Source: Glutamicibacter phage BIM BV-113
Strand: one strand, 5' to 3'
Sequence record: MZ955870.1
Length of the DNA: 24,000 bases
The notes beneath the pieces were generated by a model. That model did no database searches. It had not been told where the DNA came from and saw only the letters and a list, made by a program, of their open reading frames with translations. The translations under genes were made by a program, and so were the position numbers. Positions within the stretch are counted from its first letter, which is position 1. Each line of letters opens with the position of its first letter. Shown here piece after piece: positions 16,321 through 23,843 of this stretch.

Positions 16321-17117
16321 TTTGTGAGTACAGCACCGCTGAGGGGCTGTGTCTCTGTAATCATTGCGATACGCGTTTCCGTGGGGTCTTGGATCGTGTG
16401 CCGGCGACGTTGCGGACTGCGGCGGCGACGTTGGCGAATCAGGGTGTGCAACCGCGTGTCGGGTCCGCTGGTACGTCGGCGCCGGGTGCGCCGTTGAATC
16501 TGGACATGGCCGAACGGCTCGGAGAGTACGAGCGCCGGCTCACCGAGTTGGCGCATTGGGTGAATGGGCGGGAGGAGCCGAACTGCCTGCGGATCCTTAC
16601 CAGCACGTTCCATGCTGCCGAGTACCTCCGCGCCGTGGCTCACCACGTGCGCAAGCGCGACTACGTGGGCGACATCTACTTGGAGTTGCGCGACCTTGAA
16701 CGGCGCGTCATCTCAGCAGCTGACCGGCCAATCCAGAAACGCCCACTAGGGGAGTGCGGGGCACTGCTCATGGACGAGGCCACGAACGTCATCACCCGTT
16801 GCGAGGGCATCGTCGAAGGCCAAGAAACAGCAACCACAGGCCGCTGCAAAGAATGCCACCGTGAACACGACCTCACCGACCGCATTGCCGAAAGGTTCAC
16901 GCAAGCCTGGCACCACATCGCACCACTCGCCGTAGTAGTCCGGGCACTGAATGATGCCGGCTTCCCGATCAAATATGCAACCGCCAGGCAATGGGTGCAC
17001 CGAGGCAAACTTCACCCGCGGTGCGACCTGAAAACACGGCAGGAGGGCCACTCTCCATCCGAGGTGCTCAAAGTGCTGAAAGCAAGTGCAATTAGTGCAA
17101 GCAAGAAATGCGCTTAG
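16308..17117 (+). CDS. Helix-turn-helix DNA-binding protein with zinc-finger-like clusters
   Basis: N-terminal CLICEYSTAEGLCLCNHC, later RCEGIVEGQETATTGRCKEC, C-terminal LAVVVRALNDAGFPIKYATARQWVHRGKLHPRCD HTH. Confidence 0.6.
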   Translation: MSCLICEYSTAEGLCLCNHCDTRFRGVLDRVPATLRTAAATLANQGVQPRVGSAGTSAPGAPLNLDMAERLGEYERRLTELAHWVNGREEPNCLRILTSTFHAAEYLRAVAHHVRKRDYVGDIYLELRDLERRVISAADRPIQKRPLGECGALLMDEATNVITRCEGIVEGQETATTGRCKECHREHDLTDRIAERFTQAWHHIAPLAVVVRALNDAGFPIKYATARQWVHRGKLHPRCDLKTRQEGHSPSEVLKVLKASAISASKKCA

Positions 17118-17317
17118 AAGTTGCAATAATGGCGAAGTGTCACTAGGCTAGAAGCCAAGATCGAAGAACTGTAACCAGTGAAGATCCGCGCTGCAGATGG
17201 AACGCTTATCGACAATAAGAACGCCGAGAGCAGGGCCAGGCACCCCCAACGGCCTGAGTCGACTGCCATGACCGGCACCACCAGCACGCACAACCAAATA
17301 GCCCCCAGGTACACGAG

Positions 17318-17421
17318 ACCCGGGGGAGCGCTACCGGGTATGTCCCCACCAGTTCACGACTGAGTAGCGCACGACACTGGTTTGCTCATGGCCAGTAGAA
17401 TCCCGTCACCCCATGGACGGG
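17318..17421 (+). ncRNA. Candidate structured noncoding element
   Basis: Inverted repeats ACCCGG 17318-17323/CCGGGT 17334-17339; GCGCTAC 17328-17334/GTAGCGC 17364-17370; ACTGG 17376-17380/CCAGT 17392-17396; CCCGTC 17402-17407/GACGGG 17416-17421; no convincing ORF. Confidence 0.3.
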
Positions 17422-17457
17422 TCGGCATGATCCCCACCGAATTGAAGCGGACCATCA

Positions 17458-17529
17458 TCTCCGCTGGTGTAGTTGGCAGCACGACAGGTTTTGGTCCTGT
17501 AGATCGAGGTTCGAACCCTCGGTGGAGAA
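17458..17529 (+). tRNA. tRNA-Gln (anticodon UUG)
   Basis: Cloverleaf folds by hand: acceptor TCTCCGC/GTGGAGA (one G-U), D stem GTGT/GCAC, anticodon stem ACAGG/CCTGT with loop TTTTGGT (anticodon TTG), T arm CGAGG-TTCGAAC-CCTCG, discriminator A; CCA not encoded. Confidence 0.93.
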
Positions 17530-17626
17530 CTTGGGGTAAACACACCAATGTGTGAAGGCGCCCATGACGGCTGCGAGTAGGGAAACCTAGTTTTCAACAG
17601 CCCAAGGCCAACCTGCCCCACCATTC

Positions 17627-17710
17627 TTGACGGCGGCCAAACGAGCCGACACAACACACATGCGCCCCGCTACGCGAGGCGCACACCGCGGACAAAACGA
17701 CCGCCGTCAA
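17627..17710. terminator. Long-range inverted repeat / possible terminator
   Basis: TTGACGGCGG (17627-17636) and CCGCCGTCAA (17701-17710) are perfectly complementary with 64 nt between; the spacer itself holds TGCGCC...GGCGCA; arm is followed by AAAA. Confidence 0.4.
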
Positions 17711-17715
17711 AAAAT

Positions 17716-17931
17716 CTACTTCTCTACTGGCTTGCCGGTGTAGGTGTAAACACCGCCTACTTCTTCCCAATCTGCAATGAATGTAGGTACATTCTTGTCG
17801 CAATCAGGCTGCTGGCAAATTACCTGACGGGTATTCATAGATTCAGGACCCATGTATGGGCCAACTGCCAGCGTGCCTTGTGCATCGCAGTATGGGCAGA
17901 CACCAGTGATTGAATTTCCAATTTTCGACAT
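17716..17931 (-). CDS. Small zinc-ribbon-like protein (71 aa)
   Basis: MSKIGNSITGVCPYCDAQGTLAVGPYMGPESMNTRQVICQQPDCDKNVPTFIADWEEVGGVYTYTGKPVEK: CxxC...CxxxxC. Confidence 0.65.
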   Translation of the reverse strand: MSKIGNSITGVCPYCDAQGTLAVGPYMGPESMNTRQVICQQPDCDKNVPTFIADWEEVGGVYTYTGKPVEK

Positions 17932-17937
17932 GATCAC

Positions 17938-17943
17938 AATATA
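17938..17943 (-). promoter_or_regulatory. -10-like element for reverse gene 17716-17931
   Basis: Minus strand TATATT-6 nt-ATG; no convincing -35. Confidence 0.4.
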
Positions 17944-17979
17944 CGTCGTGGGATGTGCTTGTTCTTTGGAGGTGCTGCC

Positions 17980-19485
17980 GTGTCTGCCGCTTATGATTGG
18001 GCGGAGTACGCGGCCCGCGCCTTCGAGGTACCAGAGCATGACTGGGGTACTCCCGGCCAGCTGGCCAAGGCAATCGAGCCAACCACCCTGCAGACCCCAG
18101 CCCTGGACCTCATCGACGAATACCTGGTGAAGGTTGAGGCAGGGGAGATTGACCGGCTGATCATCAACCTGCCACCCCAGGAAGGCAAGTCGACCCGAGT
18201 CACGACCATCGGGCCGCTCTGGTTCCTGACCCGTAACCCTGACCGTCGTATCGCCATCGTCTCCTACGCCCAAGACCTCGCTGATGAATTCGGGCGAAAC
18301 ATCCGAAACCACATCGCCAGTAATGATGGAGACGACGAAACACTCGACCTTGGCCTACGCGTAGCCAAAGACAACGGCGCTGCACGACGCTGGAAACTCG
18401 AAGGGAAAAAGGGCGGCGTCCGCTCAGTCGGTATCCGCGGCGGCCTCACCGGCCGCGCCGTGGACGCGCTGTTCATTGACGACCCCATCAGCAACCTTGA
18501 GCAGGCCTACTCCAAAACCTATCGCGAGCAAGCCTGGGGATTCTGGCAGTCCGTCGGCATCACCCGTCTCGCTCCCGGAGCGCCAGTCATCCTGGTGTTG
18601 ACACGGTGGCACGCTGACGACCTCGCAGGTCGACTGCTTGCAGGCGAGGACGCTGACCGTTGGACCGTGCTGAACATTCCTGCTGAAGCCGTTGCCAACG
18701 ACCCCCTGGGCCGCAAGTCCGGTGAATGGCTCGAATCTGCCCGCCAACGAACACCGCAGCAGTGGGAACAGATCAAAGTCTCGGTCGGCCCCAAGGTATG
18801 GCAGTCCCTCTACCAAGGCAACCCAACCTTGGATGATGGCGGCGTTCTACCCACCGAATGGGCCCGCTACGAGCAGCCATTGTGGATCGAGCACCCCGAC
18901 GGTAGAAACACTGTGCCTGGCATCGACCGCGATGACCACGAACTCATACAGTCGTGGGACCTCTCGTTCAAAGGCGAGAACACCAGCGACTACGTTGTGG
19001 GCCAAGTCTGGCTGCGCGTCGGCAATACCGCTTATCTGCTGGACCAAGTGCGCCGGCGGATGAACTTCTCAGAAACCTGCGAAGCGATCACCGCGCTAAC
19101 AGCCAAATGGCCAGAAGCCACCGCCAAACTCGTCGAGGACAAAGCCAACGGACCGGCAGTCATGAACGCGCTGAGCAAGACCATCATTGGCCTGATCCCA
19201 GTCGAGCCAGTCGGATCCAAATACGCTCGCGTGTCGGCAATCAGCCCTTTGGCGTTCTCCAAGAACATCATCCTGCCAGCCACGACGCTCTGCCCTTGGA
19301 TCGAACACTTCACCCAAGAGTCGCTGTCATTCCCTGCAGGTGCGAACGATGACCAGTTGGATGCCATGTCCCAAGCCGTCAATCAGCTCCTGCTGAATCG
19401 TATCGACGGGCAAGGCGATGGGCTGGAACAGCCTGAAGAATACGACGAGTTCGAAGATCGTGGCTGGCATTTGACGCCATACTAA
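17980..19485 (+). CDS. terL: Terminase large subunit
   Basis: IDRLIINLPPQEGKSTRVTTIGPLWFLTRNPDRRIAIVSYAQDLADEFGRNIR, FIDDPISNLEQAYSKTYRE, VILVLTRWHADDLAGRLL, IQSWDLSFKG nuclease motif; GTG 17980 with ggaggtgctgcc RBS. Confidence 0.93.
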   Translation: MSAAYDWAEYAARAFEVPEHDWGTPGQLAKAIEPTTLQTPALDLIDEYLVKVEAGEIDRLIINLPPQEGKSTRVTTIGPLWFLTRNPDRRIAIVSYAQDLADEFGRNIRNHIASNDGDDETLDLGLRVAKDNGAARRWKLEGKKGGVRSVGIRGGLTGRAVDALFIDDPISNLEQAYSKTYREQAWGFWQSVGITRLAPGAPVILVLTRWHADDLAGRLLAGEDADRWTVLNIPAEAVANDPLGRKSGEWLESARQRTPQQWEQIKVSVGPKVWQSLYQGNPTLDDGGVLPTEWARYEQPLWIEHPDGRNTVPGIDRDDHELIQSWDLSFKGENTSDYVVGQVWLRVGNTAYLLDQVRRRMNFSETCEAITALTAKWPEATAKLVEDKANGPAVMNALSKTIIGLIPVEPVGSKYARVSAISPLAFSKNIILPATTLCPWIEHFTQESLSFPAGANDDQLDAMSQAVNQLLLNRIDGQGDGLEQPEEYDEFEDRGWHLTPY

Positions 19486-19503
19486 AGAATTGAGGTGCCG
19501 CCC

Positions 19504-21051
19504 ATGGGCTTGCGTTCCTGGCTAGGATTCGTCAACGAGTCCGGCACCACTACCGCAACGGAGACAGTGCCAACAGGTACTGTCGCCACGTTAGAACACC
19601 AGGTGGAAACCTTGGCTGAGTCCATGGCGCAGCTCGCCTTGGCTCGGGAAGATGTCGGCTGGGAACGGATCCTGCAGGACGGGCAACGTGAACTGACCCC
19701 GGAGGCGCGGCGCCGCAACGCCGAATTGTGCCGGATCTACGCAATTGCAAACCCGCTGATCAAGCGTGGGCTTGAGCTACGTGCCGCCTATGTGTTCGGG
19801 CAGGGGGTGGGAACCACCGCAACCGGCGAGGAAGTCAACGACCTTGTACAAACCTGGTTGGATGACCCTGAAGTACGCGAGGTGTTCGCAGGATCCCAAG
19901 CGCAGGCCCGCAATGAGCTCGCATTGGGTACTGATGGAAATGTCTTCTTCGCCCTCTTCACCAACCCGTTGACTGGTCGAGTGAAGCCACGGGTGATTCC
20001 TTTCGAAGAAATCCAGGAACAGATCACCGACCCCGAAGACTCTTTGAGCGTCCGTTACTACAAACGTGTCTGGAATCGACGTAACACCAACGGCACCGAG
20101 CAAGAGGTCACGACCTTCCACCCTCGGTACGACTACCGGCCACAGATGCGCGAACGCCGATACGGGGCAACCCCAAACAGTGCCGGGCATGAAATCCTCT
20201 GGGATGCACCGATCTACCATGTGAAAGTCAACGCAATCACGGGCTGGCAATACGGTATTGGCGACGCTTACGCAGCCCTGCCTTGGGCCCGAGGATACAA
20301 GGAATTCCTTGAATCGTGGGCCGTCATGATGAATGCCCTCTCCAAGATCGTCTGGCAACGAGTAGGCAAGAGCGGAAAGCGCACCGCGGCTAATGCACGT
20401 CGCCAGCTGGAGAAGATCCCGGCAATGGCCCCGGGCGGTAGCGCTGACGCGACTGATGATTCCAAGCTCGAAGCCGTGCCAAAAACTGGTGCGACCATCG
20501 ACTCAGAATCAGCGAAACCGTTGGCCGCCATGGTCGCCACGGCTCTGGGAATCCCAGTGACCATGCTCCTGGCTGACCCAGGCCAAACAGGTGCACGTGC
20601 CGTCGCGGAAACCTTGGACAAGCCGACCGAGCTGACCATGCTCACCCGGCAGGACGTGTGGCGTGAAGCGCGCCGGCAACTGCTCGGGTATGTCATCGAT
20701 CAGGCGATCATCGCACCGCGTGGCCCATTGCGCGGTACGACAGTCCGAGACGGTGACCGCCTACTCGCTGTATTGCCGAACGACGATGACCGTACGCTGA
20801 CGATCACATTCCCTGACATCAGCAAGATCGATGTCAAGACTCTGATGGAAGCGCTAGAAAAGGCTGACGGTCATATTCCGCCACTGCTTCTAGCTGAGCT
20901 GATCATGCGTGCGCTGAACGTGCGAGACGTTGACGAATGGCTGGCGAAACTGCAGGACGAAGACGGGAACTTTATTGACCCGCTGGAAGCAGCGGGACAG
21001 GCCGCAGCGGACGCATTCCGGCGCGGCGAAGACCCGTCAGGCGAAGTATAA
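19504..21051 (+). CDS. Portal protein
   Basis: NPLIKRGLELRAAYVFGQGV, TDGNVFFALFTNPLTGRVKPRVIPFEEIQEQITDPED, ITGWQYGIGDAYAALPWARGYKEFLESWAVMMNALSKIVW; follows terL. Confidence 0.85.
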   Translation: MGLRSWLGFVNESGTTTATETVPTGTVATLEHQVETLAESMAQLALAREDVGWERILQDGQRELTPEARRRNAELCRIYAIANPLIKRGLELRAAYVFGQGVGTTATGEEVNDLVQTWLDDPEVREVFAGSQAQARNELALGTDGNVFFALFTNPLTGRVKPRVIPFEEIQEQITDPEDSLSVRYYKRVWNRRNTNGTEQEVTTFHPRYDYRPQMRERRYGATPNSAGHEILWDAPIYHVKVNAITGWQYGIGDAYAALPWARGYKEFLESWAVMMNALSKIVWQRVGKSGKRTAANARRQLEKIPAMAPGGSADATDDSKLEAVPKTGATIDSESAKPLAAMVATALGIPVTMLLADPGQTGARAVAETLDKPTELTMLTRQDVWREARRQLLGYVIDQAIIAPRGPLRGTTVRDGDRLLAVLPNDDDRTLTITFPDISKIDVKTLMEALEKADGHIPPLLLAELIMRALNVRDVDEWLAKLQDEDGNFIDPLEAAGQAAADAFRRGEDPSGEV

Positions 21052-21058
21052 GGCGGTG

Positions 21059-22117
21059 ATGTTGGTGGCTGTCACAGACGAAACACTCTTGATAGCCGCC
21101 GACACCCGCCGCCGCCTGCAAAGCATGACTGACGAACAGATCGTTGAATTGACAAGGGCTTGGGTCAACGCCTGGGATACCCTCACGCCGTTGTTCAACG
21201 ATGCCTTGCTGGAACTCCTACAGGGTGCGCCTGACCGTTTGCCTCGTTCAGTAGTCGCACGTAACCGGAAACTGCAGGAAGCACTTCGACAAGCCCGCAC
21301 CGTGCTCAATGAGCTCACGAAGGGTGCGAACGAGGTTATCGAAAACAGTCTTGCTGACGCTGTGCTCGATGCAGTCCAGTCGCATGAAGCGATTGCCCGG
21401 AGCCAATTGCCCCCAGCATCGGCTGGGATCAGCTTCGATCTAGAGGCGCCGGCTCCTGAAGCGCTGGATGCCATCGTCCTTCGAACCACTCAGCAAATCC
21501 ATGCTTCCACCCGTCCACTCGCTGGCTGGGTGGTTGCGGCCATGCGCAAGGAACTTGTCCGCGGCATCGTCGTGGGGGACAACCCCCGTGAGGTTGCCCG
21601 GAATTTGATCCGCGCAACAGAGGGTCACTTCAATGGCGGACTGGCGCGGGCAACACGGATCGCCCGCACCGAGATGCTTGATGCCCACCGCAGTGGGTCC
21701 CTGGCCGCCGCGAAGCACAACAAGGATCTGCTGACCGGCTGGAAATGGCAATGCACCCTTGACCGGCGCACATGCCCCAGTTGCTTGTCCAAACATGGCA
21801 CCTTGTACCCGGTGGACCAGTTCGGCCCAGAGGATCATCCAAACGGGCGTTGCGCACGCATCGACATCACGAAGTCATGGAAAGAACTCGGCTTCGACAT
21901 TGAAGAACCCGCCGATGCTTTCCCCGATGCGCGAGCTTGGTACGACGGGCTGACCGATGAATCCAAACTAGCGATCATGGGGCCCACCAGGATGCAGCTG
22001 CTCGCTGATGATCAGATCAGGTGGGAAGACCTCTCCACCCTCCGCAAGGCCGATGCTTGGCGCGACTCATACATACAGACACCGGTGAAAGACCTGTTAG
22101 GTGCCGTCGCTGGCTGA
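21059..22117 (+). CDS. MuF-like minor capsid / head morphogenesis protein
   Basis: ATRIARTEMLDAHRSGSLAAAKHNKDLLTGWKWQCTLDRRTCPSCLSKHGTLYPVDQFGPEDHPNGRCARIDITKSW is the classic MuF-like C-terminal motif. Confidence 0.85.
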   Translation: MLVAVTDETLLIAADTRRRLQSMTDEQIVELTRAWVNAWDTLTPLFNDALLELLQGAPDRLPRSVVARNRKLQEALRQARTVLNELTKGANEVIENSLADAVLDAVQSHEAIARSQLPPASAGISFDLEAPAPEALDAIVLRTTQQIHASTRPLAGWVVAAMRKELVRGIVVGDNPREVARNLIRATEGHFNGGLARATRIARTEMLDAHRSGSLAAAKHNKDLLTGWKWQCTLDRRTCPSCLSKHGTLYPVDQFGPEDHPNGRCARIDITKSWKELGFDIEEPADAFPDARAWYDGLTDESKLAIMGPTRMQLLADDQIRWEDLSTLRKADAWRDSYIQTPVKDLLGAVAG

Positions 22118-22264
22118 CGGCTCATACTGCACCGTCCCACACCACTTACAGACAACCGACATGGATCCGCCAGTCGGACGCAAATACACCTTGCCGACCC
22201 GCCACTCATGGCCAGGGCAAGCGCCAGGCTCACCCGGTGTGTCATTCGCGTTGTCTAAACCCAT
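22097..22264 (-). CDS. Small zinc-ribbon-like protein (55 aa)
   Basis: MGLDNANDTPGEPGACPGHEWRVGKVYLRPTGGSMSVVCKWCGTVQYEPSASDGT; overlaps 3' end of MuF-like gene by 21 bp. Confidence 0.65.
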   Translation of the reverse strand: MGLDNANDTPGEPGACPGHEWRVGKVYLRPTGGSMSVVCKWCGTVQYEPSASDGT

Positions 22265-22271
22265 GCAAACG

Positions 22272-22277
22272 ATTATA
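22272..22277 (-). promoter_or_regulatory. -10 element for reverse gene 22097-22264
   Basis: Minus-strand consensus TATAAT 7 nt before ATG; abuts the AGGAGG RBS (22277-22282) of the forward protease gene. Confidence 0.45.
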
Positions 22278-22286
22278 GGAGGCACC

Positions 22287-23474
22287 GTGCCAAAAAAGAT
22301 CCGCGAAGCGGCAACCGCAACCCGGCGCGGCCCCGGAAGAATCCTGCTCACACTGATCAGCCCCGGCGCCGGGTCAAGCGGCGACTATGCCCCCGAGGTG
22401 CTGGCAACCGCCGCCGCTGAGCGTGCATTCCCACGTGGCACCCTGGGCATGATCGACCACGACACCCCAACTGAAATGATGGAGCGCCCCGAAGGGTCCC
22501 TCCGCAACCTCGCAATCGTCCTAGACGAAGACGCGTACATCGGCGAAGGTGGAGCGCTACAGGCCGAAGCCAAAGTAGCTACAGCTTGGCGTGACCTTGT
22601 CGAAGACTTCCACGAGCACATCGGTGCCAGCATCTTCGCCAGCGCCGAAATCAGCACGAACGCGACAGGCCAGAAAGTCGTGGAACGAATCATCCCCGAC
22701 CCATTCAACCGGGCCGACCTCGTCACCGTCGCGGGACGTGGCGGAAAGATCGACCAGGTCCTTGAAGCGGCAAAGGTCATCGAATCTCGCTCCATCATCG
22801 CCGAAGCCACAGCCAGTGACATCCGCATGTGGCTACAAGCAACGGTCCGCGCAACCCAAGACGACTACGCCTGGGTGGCCGACCACGACGAAACCTACGT
22901 CTACTACGAAATCGGCGACAAGTACTTCCGGGAAACCTACGAGCTGACCGGAGTAAACGTCACCCTATCCGGCGACCCTGTCGAAGTCCGCCGCCGCGTC
23001 GAATACGACCCCGTAATCTCCCCACCGGTCCCGGCTGGGGTAACCGAAAATCAGGAGGAAGCCACCATGGCAACCATTGATGACAAGGAACTCGCCGACC
23101 TGCGCGAGTCCGCCAGCCGGGCCACCGCGCTGGAAACCGAACGAGACGAAGCAGTAAAGCGTGCTGAAGCAGCTGAAGCCAAGAACCTGGCGGATGCCAA
23201 GGAGCACCGCCTAACGACTGCATCGAACATCATCAGCGAAGCCTTCGGAGCCGACGCGCCAGCGATCTACGGACGCATGGCAAAGTACGTAGCCGAATCA
23301 GAAGACTTCGACGCTGACACATTCCGCACCGAGGTCACCGAGGCTGCCGCCCAGCTCGAAGCCAACAACGGCGCCGGCACCCCACGAGGCATGGGCGGCC
23401 ACACCGCATCCGTGTCCGAATCCAAGACGATCAGCGACGAGGACATCCTCGCCGCCCTGCACGGAAAGGCCTAA
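22287..23474 (+). CDS. Prohead/capsid maturation protease with C-terminal scaffold domain
   Basis: FPRGTLGMIDHDTPTEMMERPEGSLRNLAIVLDEDAYIG...FHEHIGASIFASAEIS...DPFNRADLVTVAGRGGKI (S78-like prohead protease pattern), then charged coiled-coil region; GTG start with AGGAGG. Confidence 0.8.
   Translation: MPKKIREAATATRRGPGRILLTLISPGAGSSGDYAPEVLATAAAERAFPRGTLGMIDHDTPTEMMERPEGSLRNLAIVLDEDAYIGEGGALQAEAKVATAWRDLVEDFHEHIGASIFASAEISTNATGQKVVERIIPDPFNRADLVTVAGRGGKIDQVLEAAKVIESRSIIAEATASDIRMWLQATVRATQDDYAWVADHDETYVYYEIGDKYFRETYELTGVNVTLSGDPVEVRRRVEYDPVISPPVPAGVTENQEEATMATIDDKELADLRESASRATALETERDEAVKRAEAAEAKNLADAKEHRLTTASNIISEAFGADAPAIYGRMAKYVAESEDFDADTFRTEVTEAAAQLEANNGAGTPRGMGGHTASVSESKTISDEDILAALHGKA
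23067..23474 (+). CDS. Scaffolding protein from an internal in-frame start
   Basis: AGGAGG (23053-23058), 8 nt, ATG 23067: MATIDDKELADLRESASRATALETERDEAVKRAEAAEAKNLADAKEHRL..., in frame with the protease ORF. Confidence 0.65.
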   Translation: MATIDDKELADLRESASRATALETERDEAVKRAEAAEAKNLADAKEHRLTTASNIISEAFGADAPAIYGRMAKYVAESEDFDADTFRTEVTEAAAQLEANNGAGTPRGMGGHTASVSESKTISDEDILAALHGKA

Positions 23475-23477
23475 ACC

Positions 23478-23825
23478 ATGGCTCTGAACCAGCGTTACCC
23501 AGAATGCAAGCACATCGCCCTTACTGCCACCAGCGCCATCGCATCCGGCGCACCAGTGAAGATCGGCCAGTTCGTAGGCGTAGCTCAGACCTCGGCCGCT
23601 TCAGGTGAAAAAGTCACCGTCTGGCTGGACGGCTCCTACGACCTCACCGTCACCGGAGTCACCACCGAAGGCGCAATCGTCTACATCGGCTCCGACGGCG
23701 CACTATCCACCACGGCCACCGGCGGATTCCCCTTCGGCGTCGCGCTTGGCAGCAAGACCGCAGCCGCCGCAGAGGTCGAGGTAGCACCATTCGGCAAGAT
23801 CACCACTACCGCTGCACTCGCCTAA
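23478..23825 (+). CDS. Capsid decoration-like protein (DUF2190-like)
   Basis: LTATSAIASGAPVKIGQFVGVAQTSAASGEKVTVWLDGSYDL...GSDGALSTTATGGFPFGVALG; between scaffold and major capsid genes. Confidence 0.65.
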   Translation: MALNQRYPECKHIALTATSAIASGAPVKIGQFVGVAQTSAASGEKVTVWLDGSYDLTVTGVTTEGAIVYIGSDGALSTTATGGFPFGVALGSKTAAAAEVEVAPFGKITTTAALA

Positions 23826-23843
23826 GAAAGGAAGTCACACACC

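Noticed and set aside
17119-17314. Possible 66-aa minus-strand hydrophobic ORF (and overlapping plus-strand ORF 17178-17363)
   Set aside because: Reverse ORF initiates at GTG with no clear RBS; both frames are weak and the region is equally consistent with noncoding structured DNA, so not called.
17366-17430. Possible second tRNA just upstream of tRNA-Gln
   Set aside because: Two tandem hairpins resemble anticodon/T arms, but there is no GGTTCRANNC T-loop, no D-arm consensus and no 7-bp acceptor in the right register.
22385-22828. 147-aa minus-strand ORF
   Set aside because: Ser/Ala/Arg-rich antisense shadow of the protease gene.
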